From Prorocentrum cordatum (Eukaryota), in the NCBI GenBank assembly GCA_963575745.1, contig CAUYUJ010000317.1:62001-115431 (forward strand): a DNA stretch of 53,431 nucleotides, written 5' to 3'. Of this stretch, positions 45,278 through 53,431 are shown piece after piece. The notes below the pieces were generated by a model that was not told where the DNA came from, made no database searches, and was given only the letters and a program-made list of their open reading frames with translations. Numbering within the stretch: the stretch's first letter is position 1; each line of letters starts with the position of its first letter. A program made the translations under genes and the position numbers.

Positions 45278-46539
45278 ATGGCGGACGAGACCGCGGTGAC
45301 GCTGCTCCTGGAGGCGGCGGAGGATCTCAGCCAGCGGCGGCGCGCCGCGGCCGCCAAGGTCTTGCAGCCCACCAGCAAGGTGGCCCCTCGGCCGCCAAGC
45401 ACGCCGCCGACGGCGAAGGTCTTGGCGAAGTACGATCGCTCGCGCGTGGCCGACGGCTTGCTCGATGATCTCGAGTTGGCGCCCGCGCTGGATCCCGAGT
45501 TGAACTCGTTCCAGGGCCTGCAGGAGTTCATGGACGACGGCGATGGCGACGACACGGGCTACGACTACGCCAGCTACGACGGTGGCAAGGGCATCATCGA
45601 CGGTGGCAAGGGCTACGGCGGTGGCAAAGGCAGCTCGAGCAAGGGCTTCGACAAGGGCCACGACGATGGCAAGGGCAGCGGCGAAGGCTACGACATCGAC
45701 AAGGGCCGCGACAAAGGCTACCACGGTGACAGGGGCGACGTGGGCTACGACGGTGGCAAGGGCGACAAGGGCTACGACCGCCGCTACGACCCGTACAGCT
45801 CCAAGTGGTATGACCACCACAGCTCGTGGTACGACCGCGACAACGATGACTACGACAACAGGTGGTACGACCGCAGGCGCTGGGGCGACTACGACAGGGC
45901 TCGAGCAAGGGCTACGACAGCAAGGGCTACGACAACAGAGGCTACGACAGTAAGGGCTACGACAAGAGTGGCAACTACCAGCGTGGCTACGACAACCGTG
46001 GTTACAACAACCGTGGCTACGACAACCGCGGATACGACAGCAGTGGCTACGACAACCGTGGCTACGACAACTACGGCAACAGTGGCTACGACAGCCGTGA
46101 CTACGACCGCAAGGGCGACAAGGGCTACGATCGCAAGGGCTACGACGTCGGCAAGGGCTACGACGGTGACACGGGCTACGGCGGTGATCCAAGCTACGAC
46201 CGTGGCGATACTGGCTACGACAGTGGCAAGGGCATCGACAGTGGCAAGGGCCACGACGGCGGCAAGGGCGATAAAGGCTACGACGGCGGCAAGGGCTGGC
46301 GCGAGGAGAAATCCCGCGGCGGGCGCCACATCAGGCTGGCGAAGGCCCTTGCCACCAAGGAGCAGCTGGACGGGCTGCAGGACCTGATGTCGGACCGCGG
46401 CAAGGCCGACTACGTCAGGTGGAGCAAGCGGACGCACTGGCGCATATGGGTGGAGGAAAACAATACAGATCTAGTTCTATCGGGCCCCCTCATCCCTCCT
46501 CCTTCAACGGTTCTTACCACGGACGAGGGGGAAGGATGA
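45278..46539 (+). CDS. Gene D: GYD-repeat protein with unique N-terminus (MADETAVTLLLEAA...); one frameshift at 45897-45899
   Basis: ATG in accATGg context. Adding one G to gacagggctcg restores GSSKGYDSKGYD... Paralogous motif shared with gene C. Confidence 0.6.
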
Positions 46540-46761
46540 GGGCCAAGAACTGGATATGTAATGTGTTCCTCCCCCCGACATCTGGGCGGAGGCGGCTGTT
46601 CGCCGCTGATCTGCAGTAGCGCCAGAATCACTACCAAAGCGGCGCCGAAGCCGCCGCTGCTGCATTAATGTGCCGCCACCAGCGCGGCAGCAGGCGTGGA
46701 GTCCATTCTAGACCGCGCGCTGCCTCTCCTCCGTCGGGGATGATCTATTATGGTGGGGGTT

Positions 46762-47054
46762 GTCGTATGTAAGGTTCTAACATACGACGCAGTTGTCGTA
46801 TGTAAGATTCTAACATACGACAAAGTTGTCGTATGTAAGATTCTTACATACGACACCGTTGTCGTATGTAATATTCTAACATACGACGGATGTGTTAATA
46901 TAATCCTTATGATATATAAGAGCGAGATGTCGTATGTACGATTCTTACATACGGCAACGTTGTCGTATGTAAGATTCTGACATACGACAGATTTGTCGTA
47001 TGTAAGATTCTGACATACGACAGATTTGTCGTATGTGAGATTCTGACATACGAC
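46762..47054. repeat. Array of eight 27-bp palindromes GTCGTATGT-N9-ACATACGAC with 33-bp period (4+4)
   Basis: Starts at 46762, 46795, 46828, 46861, 46929, 46962, 46995 and 47028. Confidence 0.95.
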
Positions 47055-48212
47055 ACCAAGGGTTTGAGCTCATGTTTAGAGTAAACTTCGAGGGTCTCCA
47101 TCTCGCTCGTGGTCGACGTTGTGCCTAGAATTGGTTTGTCTGCTTGGCTGCGCTGCCCGCGGCTGCGCTGGATCATGTTGATAAGAGATGTATGAGCGTG
47201 GCGTGAGCGAGAATAAGGGGAAGTGGGATGAGAGGAGGATGCGCGGGAGAAGGAGGACAAGGAGAAGGAGAGGGGGGAAGATTCTGAGGAGGAGGTGGGG
47301 GGTGAGGAGGAGAAGGAGGAGGGGAAGGCCCATCCTCCCCCTCATCCTCACCCTCCCCCTCCTACCTTTATCCTTCTCCTTCTTCCTCCGCCGCCGCCGC
47401 CGCCTCCTCATTCTCCTCCTTCTCCTCCGCCTCATCACCCTCCTCATCTTCCCCCACCTCATTCTCCTCCTCTGCCTTCTCTTCCTTATCCTCATTCTCT
47501 TCCTTATCATACTCATTCTCCTCATTCTTACTCCGTCTCATTCCCACCCTCTTCATTCTCAGCATGTCTCCTCCTCGTTCCCGCCGTCGCCGTCGAAGCC
47601 GTCGCCTGCGCCGTCATCTGCGCGCGCGGTGCAGGAGAGGGCGGCGGCCACCGTGACGACCACGATTGAACGACAACGAGGATGAGGAGGAGTAGGAGGA
47701 GGAGCATGAGGAGGAGCAGGACAAGGAGCACGCGGAGGAAGAGGGGGACGATGGGGAGAAGGAGAAGGAGAAGGAGGAGGGGGAAGAAGATGAGGAGGAG
47801 TAATTGCCATGGCGGCTGCGATAGCGACGGCGACGGCGAAGAGTTGGTGGCGACGAGTTGGCTGCGACGAGTTCGACGGCGGCGGAGACGACGGCGGGGG
47901 CGTCTCATCCTGCTCCTCCTCCTGCTCGCCCTCCCCCTTCTCCTCATCCTCGTCCTCCTTCTCCTCCTCCCGATCCCTCCTCACCATTCTCACCCCCATC
48001 ATCCTCCTTCTCCGTCTCATTCACCTCCACCGCCTAACCCTCCTCATCCTATTCTTATTTCTCCTCGTCCTCATTCGTATTCGTATCATCGGTCTCTCCG
48101 CAGGGTGCTTTATCGCGCGAAAAGCTACAACGAGAACCTGAAGGCTCGCATACATGCGTTTGCACGCACAACCCCAACGGGCCCCCATCTAAGTACGCCC
48201 CGACACCCACAC

Positions 48213-48975
48213 TCAGGCGGCGTATTCACCGATACCCAAGGCTTTGCGCCCCCGCGCACGATCGGCAGCACCTGCCTCCACAAGGCGATTATTCGCCCGA
48301 TCAACCGCACCCTTACACATCTTGGCGTTGTCCAAGGGCAACGTGATCGAATCCGCGGCCTGCTCCGCCTTCTTCACGAGCTTCTCCATCTTCTTGTATG
48401 CAGCGTCTGCCTTTCGAGTGGGCATGGACGGGGTTCAGACGTGGCGTTGACACGCCGTTGCTAAATGCGACCGTTCGCCCAACCGCTTGAGACCATGCGA
48501 CCACAGTCGCAACGCCAAGCCATTACACAACCAATTTCACACCCTGACATCATGATAGTACATACCTGCGTGTCAACGCAACCGAACGCGCATGCATACG
48601 ACTGCATTGGGCGTTGCCTCAACGCCCCCCCCTCCCCCCCCCCCCCCATAGTGTCACAAGTGCGCCCTTCGACGCGAACTACTCGCAGCCGATTGCAATG
48701 CGTTTCAACACAACCGAACATGCATACAACTGCATCGGGTGATGCCCAACCGTTTATGCTCTAATCAGCAAGTATATTTCGACGTGAATGGATTGCAACC
48801 ACTTGCAACATGTCACGCATGAGATACTGGCTGCCTTGCGGTCCGCCGTTTTGGACATCTTCTGGCAATGCTGCTTGTGCCTGATCAGGGTATCCAACCT
48901 TTCATTGAAGTGCTCCGTGTCCTCCTTGCGGTGCTTGGCACGCAGCGCCTTCAAGTCGGCTGACATGGCAGGCAT
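48213..48975 (-). CDS. Gene F: small basic coiled-coil protein (~112 aa); predicted exons 48975-48835 and 48410-48213
   Basis: Two helical basic ORFs join in frame through a GC-AG intron with AAG|GCAG at both ends; a spliced-leader-like motif lies ~50 nt upstream. The 3' end is uncertain. Confidence 0.45.
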
Positions 48976-49381
48976 AGTCGCGCACACACGCGCGCGCGCC
49001 GCAGCTTACAAGCTGCGTTCTCTCAGCCCTCAACCAACTCGGCTGCGTGAACACGCATGTAGTCTGCGACGCGGTCGCATGGCATGAGTGCCAACCATGT
49101 GATCACACATCACTGCCCTACTCATACCCCCCCCCCCCCCCACTACATCGACGCCGTGGTCGGGCACTCCCGTTGCATGTCCACCCCCAGCCGCCTCCTC
49201 ATCTCGACCCCTCTCCTGTTCGCACCTCTCGCGCCCCCCCCCCCCCAGCTTACTACGTGTCGCCAACGATGGCGGGGCTGAACGTTTGGCAAACCGTCAG
49301 CAGCATTTGTGGTTCATTCGCCCACCTTTGCGAACCAGTTCACGCGTGGCTTACGCGCCCCCATGTGTGGTTCACGTGTCC

Positions 49382-49818
49382 ATGGGAAAATCAGCGAAGA
49401 CGATCGCGATGGAAGCGCAGGTGCGCTTTGAGCTGCAGGATGAAAAGCAGGAACGCCAGCGGTCAGTGAAGACTGCCAAGGCGGCATTGAAGCATGCCAA
49501 AGCAGCGAAGACGCAGGCTGAGAATAAGGCAGGCGGTTGTTAACTAACAACAACACAAGGGCCCCTCGAGGCCAGGGGGGAGGGGATGGGCTCTCGAGCC
49601 CACCCCCTTAGTCAATGGCCCCATCGGCGTCGCCAGTCCCACCCGCCTCCGTGCGATCGCCCCCCTCCCTCCCCCCCCGATAGGCAGAGAAGAGGTTCAA
49701 TGCGTTTTTGAAGAGCAAGGACGCGTGGATGAATGCGCTGCTCGACGCAGATGATGCGAGCGCGGCCCACGTTCGGGCCGAGACTGAGCTGGCGCGCGCC
49801 GAGCGCGATGCCCGCTAG
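49382..49818 (+). CDS. Gene G: small coiled-coil protein (~93 aa); exons 49382-49528 and 49684-49818
   Basis: A 155-bp GC-AG intron (AAG|GCAG ... TAG|GCAG) joins ...KTQAENK to AEKRFNAFLKSKDAWMNALL...ERDAR*. Confidence 0.6.
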
Positions 49819-50745
49819 GGGCGTGGGGGCGACGGACGACGGGTGGAGGGGTCAGAGAAAAAAAACCTGCATGCATCAATGCAAGATGAGTCTGGGATGA
49901 TAATGTCGGCATGATAGCGCAGGTGCCTCGTCCCCCTCCTCATCTTCCCCCTTCTCCTCCTCCCCCCTCCTCCTCCGCCTCCTCCTCCCCCCATCCCTCC
50001 CAAATCCTCATCCTCATCCCCATCCTCGTCCTCCCCATCACATCATTCCCTCTTCGTCCCTCCTCGTCGTTGTCCTCCTGTTGCTGCTGGTGCTGATGCT
50101 CTTGCCCATCCTACTACGCTACTAAGCCGTGCCCCCCCCCCCCATCGCTCCCTCACAACTGCTTCGCACTCTGAATGGCATTGGTGCTATGCGTTTCCGC
50201 TTTTTCGCGTCATAGGATCATCCGACGCTTCGCGATATCTGTAGGATGACGCAGCACCAAAACCCCAATAGGAACCACATATAGAGCCCCAAGGCCGCAA
50301 CGGGGAGGAGGAGGGGGATGAGGAGGGGAAGATGAGGAGGATAAGGCGGAAGAGGAGGAGGATACGGAGGATCGCGACTTTGGGATGCTCCCGACTGGTG
50401 AGGTCAAATCCAGAACGCCAGTTCTGTGAGTGATGTCTTGGACCGTCCCCTCGGCATCAGCGCGCGCGCACTTAACGAAAATGATGATGAGACATATGAT
50501 GATAACAACTGCAGGTGGTTTGCGCTCTTCGTTCGAGTCGGATGGGCTGGCGGGGATGCGCGACGCGGCAACACTTACATCGCCATATACGCGTCGGTTC
50601 TATGTATGCCAAGATGCATGCAACCCGTTGCAGGTGGTAGACTCGCACTGCCATCCGAAACCAATCTTCGATGCGTGGGGCATTGCAAGTTGGCATCAGT
50701 TGGTGTCGGGTTCCCGTTTCGAATATAGATCACACAGGCCCGCGT

Positions 50746-50767
50746 CGCATAGCCGTTTGGGCTCGAT
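50746..50767 (+). promoter_or_regulatory. Spliced-leader-like sequence upstream of gene H
   Basis: CGCATAGCCGTTTGGGCTCGAT, 15/22 to DinoSL, ~95 nt before the ATG. Confidence 0.5.
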
Positions 50768-50834
50768 CGCGATCGATCGCGATCTATCGCGAGGCGCGAT
50801 CTTTCGCGAGGCGCGACCTATCGCGAGGCGCGAG

Positions 50835-50886
50835 GCGCGAAGGTTCGGAACTGTCGTCTTATGACGACGGTTCCGAACCTCCGCGC
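50835..50886. other. Strong hairpin centred on the first ATG of gene H
   Basis: AGGTTCGGAACTGTCGTC-TTAT-GACGACGGTTCCGAACCT (18-bp stem, one G-T pair), extendable by 5 bp after one mismatch. Confidence 0.85.
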
Positions 50887-52249
50887 GGAACTGCAGCACA
50901 TGTCAGAGTGGGTATCGACACAAATCGCATGTGGCCTGTGCCCATCAGCCGTGGCCCAGCACCAGTACGACAGCCTCCTCATGAAGATCAACAACCTGTC
51001 ACAGAACAGTACTGACGAGGCGACAGCCTTGGTGAAAACAATCAGGGAGCACTCGCTGAACACTTGGACTCAAGAGAACATCGCACACTTGTGCCAGAGC
51101 GTCGGGACCAAGACAGGCATGTTGTCAATGCCAGGCGGATCCAAGCAATGGCAAGAGATTAGCATTGCATCGAGGGTCTTCACGGCGAGCGAGATCAAAT
51201 CGCTGAAGAGCGGCGACCTGAGTGAAAAGGCGTGCATACGCCTGGTCGCCGCTCGGTGCAAGCTGATCGGCGCCCACACGCTCTCCGAGAGCTCCAAGGG
51301 CAAGATGGCCGCGCTCGTGGCGCGGGGCAGCGGCAAGGGGCATGGGGGCGATTGGCTCAGGCTCCTCGGAGAGGTGAAGGGTGCCATCTCCAAGGCCATC
51401 ACGTGCAAGGGTTGGTCCACGCTTGGGTACGCCACGGTGTGGGACTTCGACCGCATCGAGGACATGTCGGCTGAGCCGTGGTGGAAATCAGCTTACAAGG
51501 ACGATGGGCCCGCCTTGGAGGAGATCCAGACGGACGCGCCAGACTACGTGAGGAAGTCGAGCAGGCGTTGCGCGGCGAAGACCTCGCCTGCTGCTGCAGC
51601 GCCCCCAATGACAGCCCCAGACCCTACGGCTGGCGGGCAGTTGCAAGTCATGCAGGCCCTGTTCGGTGCACCGCTGTGCGCGGCGCTCTTCGCCAACTCG
51701 GCGGCCGCGGCTCTCAGGCCGCCCGAGCCGCCTGCGCAGCCGCGCGTGGAGCTGGAGCCCCCGAAGCCAAAGCTCCCGCCGCGCGAGGAGCCGCAGCAGG
51801 AGCCGAAGCTTCCGCCGCGCGAGGAGCCGCGCGATGAGCCGCGCGATGCTGAGCCCGAGCCAGACCTGACCGACGAGGGGGAGAAGCTCAGGGCGCTCCT
51901 CGCCAAGAAGGCCAAGACCGCCAAGGCGAGGAAGCGCCCCTCCGCGGCTGGCGAAGGCGTCGGTGACGCCGAGGGCGGGGCAGGCGTCGAAGACGCCGAG
52001 GGGGCTGTGCCAATGAAGAAGGCGCGGCCCCCTGCCATGCGGCGACCCGCGGCTGCCGTGCCAAAGCCCGCCGTGCTGCCCAAGCCGCCGACGTGCGAGT
52101 GCAACACGCCGTACAGGTGCGGCTACGTGATCTACAAGCCTTCACAGAAGGTGTTCAGGGCCGTTGTGGGGAGGGCAGATCGCCGCGTCCGCTTCGACCG
52201 CAATGCGACGATGAATCGCATTGAGGCTTGGAGCGCGGCGCTGGCGTGA
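50861..52249 (+). CDS. Gene H: 462-aa hypothetical nuclear protein with helical N-domain, Pro/Glu linker, KRP-AA basic motifs and AP2-like C-terminus
   Basis: Uninterrupted complex ORF with GC3-rich codons; RKRPSAA and MRRPAAA motifs; C-terminus YRCGYVIYKPSQKVFRAVVGRADRRVRF...EAWSAALA. Confidence 0.8.
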   Translation: MTTVPNLRAELQHMSEWVSTQIACGLCPSAVAQHQYDSLLMKINNLSQNSTDEATALVKTIREHSLNTWTQENIAHLCQSVGTKTGMLSMPGGSKQWQEISIASRVFTASEIKSLKSGDLSEKACIRLVAARCKLIGAHTLSESSKGKMAALVARGSGKGHGGDWLRLLGEVKGAISKAITCKGWSTLGYATVWDFDRIEDMSAEPWWKSAYKDDGPALEEIQTDAPDYVRKSSRRCAAKTSPAAAAPPMTAPDPTAGGQLQVMQALFGAPLCAALFANSAAAALRPPEPPAQPRVELEPPKPKLPPREEPQQEPKLPPREEPRDEPRDAEPEPDLTDEGEKLRALLAKKAKTAKARKRPSAAGEGVGDAEGGAGVEDAEGAVPMKKARPPAMRRPAAAVPKPAVLPKPPTCECNTPYRCGYVIYKPSQKVFRAVVGRADRRVRFDRNATMNRIEAWSAALA

Positions 52250-52683
52250 TCGACGCCAAGTGTTAGGTGCTCGACGCGGGGAGGGGGAGGACCAGGGGGT
52301 TGTTGAGGACCAGCAGGGCTGGGAGCTCGCATCGCAGCTGCAGCGCGGCGGTGGGCGGCGCCACATCGACGAACTCCCTCTTGCTTGTATGACGTTGCAC
52401 CATGATGTCTAAAACACAAGTCTGTTGCGATCTTTTCATCGCAAGTCGCATGCATCAATATGCAACACTCCTTTCTCTCGCGAGCTACCGTCGCACTTCG
52501 TATGCATCACTATGCACCTACATGTCCTTCTGATGCGACGTCGTATCATGCCATATGCATCGTTATGCAACGTGCACTTCTGTTGTGATCTATCGCCTCG
52601 CTTCATTCAGATGCATCATGCAGCGTGCCCCTACCATAACGCGACGCATGCATCCTATGATGCGCATTGGCATCGTTATCGGG

Positions 52684-52705
52684 TCTGTAGCCATTTGGGC
52701 TGAAA
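52684..52705 (+). promoter_or_regulatory. Dinoflagellate spliced-leader-like sequence ending 2 nt before the transposase ATG
   Basis: TCTGTAGCCATTTGGGCTGAAA vs DinoSL TCCGTAGCCATTTTGGCTCAAG: 18/22 ungapped. Confidence 0.75.
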
Positions 52706-52707
52706 CC

Positions 52708-53431
52708 ATGGCCGCGTCCGCCGCCAGGAAACGCAAGGCGGATGAGGCGCTGGTGGAGCTCCACAGGGGCTCATACCTGTCACAGCGTGCTCTGTCGGGT
52801 GTCCTAAAATATGTGCGAGACCAAGGGTTGCCCGACAATATTTCACGGAGCTCACAATACAGGGCAAACGAAAACATCATTGCCAAAGAGTCGAACGCAT
52901 ATGGGAACGTCTTGCGTTGCATAGACACGCCTTTAGTCAGTGGTAAAACTTTCGAGAACTGGGTGTGCTGTCCTGGGCCATTTTTGTATTCCTGCTGCAA
53001 GGCTAGCGCTCCAGTCAGGGAGATGTTTCGCCGCTCACTTCAGGAGCACCCATGCAGCCTGGCGTCGCCGTGGCACATCATTTTATATTTCGATGGTATT
53101 TCACCGCGAGACCCCCTGGCGAAGGGAAAAGATTATCGGGGGGTTGATGCTGTTTACTGGTCGTTCGCTGAGTTCGACGAGTCCTTGGGTAACGAAGATG
53201 CGTGGTTCACGCTTAGCACTGCGCGGTGCGCAAAAATAAAAAGCATCCCAGGTGGCGTCGGGCAGTGCATCAAGATGACCCCCAAAGAAGTTGTATTTTA
53301 ATTCTGCTGGTGGTTTCAATTTTGAGACGAGCGGTGTTACATTAGACGTGTCAGAGAACGGCGACGCAACGTCGCACGCGACGATCGTCGCGAAGCTGTC
53401 GTGCGTCATAGGGGACGAAGAGGCATTGCGG
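52708..53431 (+). CDS. Putative CMC/EnSpm/Plavaka-like transposase, 5' part; +1 frameshift at C5 run 53279-53283; truncated by window edge
   Basis: PWHIILYFDGISPRDPL...VYWSFAEF resembles the first catalytic-Asp block. The +1 frame continues KKLYFNSAGGFNFETSGVTLD...AKLSCVIGDEEALR, resembling the second Asp block. N-terminal RKRK NLS. Confidence 0.7.

Larger units (their letters stand above)
38696..53431. mobile_element. Putative large multi-gene DNA transposon (CMC/EnSpm/Plavaka-like), left part; continues beyond the window
   Basis: A host repeat module is abruptly interrupted at acgtg|ccctacctg. An AT-rich subterminal zone with short repeats follows, then a gene-dense interior and a transposase-like ORF at the right edge. 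The right terminus is not visible. Confidence 0.55.

Noticed and set aside
43447..46437. Antisense and alternative-frame ORFs over genes C and D (VVAL-, ATT-, CRS-rich)
   Set aside because: Shadows of the GYD repeat codons; only the GYD frame carries the motif shared by both paralogues.
46762..47054. CRISPR array
   Set aside because: Linkers are only 6 bp and not unique spacers; there are no cas genes and the context is eukaryotic.
46762..47054. loxP-like recombination sites (TCGTAT...ATACGA core)
   Set aside because: Only 6 bp per arm resemble loxP, the spacing differs, and no tyrosine recombinase is seen in the window.
38696..53431. Endogenous virus, Polinton or bacterial contaminant
   Set aside because: No capsid, packaging ATPase, polB or integrase motifs were recognised, and the introns, NLSs and SL-like motifs are eukaryotic. 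A viral module beyond the window cannot be excluded.

Overview
Eukaryotic, almost certainly dinoflagellate DNA (inferred from spliced-leader-like 22-mers and predicted GC/GA-donor introns with AG|G junctions). It has three zones. (1) 1-18,200 is a non-coding mosaic of microsatellites ((CCT)n, (GTC)n, (CAT)n, (CA)n, An) and GC-rich CCAAG-type repeats, including a ~3.9-kb tandem duplication; the ORFs listed there are low-complexity artefacts. (2) 18,217-38,695 is a ~20-kb nest of two related non-autonomous elements with Helentron/DINE-like ends (asymmetric subterminal inverted repeat, GC hairpin, AG|T terminus). One family carries 177-bp central tandem repeats, and there are shuffled arrays of end fragments. 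(3) 38,696 to the window end is the left part of a putative large (>14.7 kb) multi-gene DNA transposon inserted into zone 2. It encodes a CMC/EnSpm/Plavaka-like transposase (cut by the window edge), a ParB-like plus SET-like nuclear protein, two proteins with AP2-like segments, two divergent GYD-repeat paralogues and two small coiled-coil proteins. It also holds an 8-copy array of 27-bp palindromes, and most genes have a degenerate spliced-leader-like motif upstream. All protein family calls are by-eye motif recognition and need HMM or structure searches.
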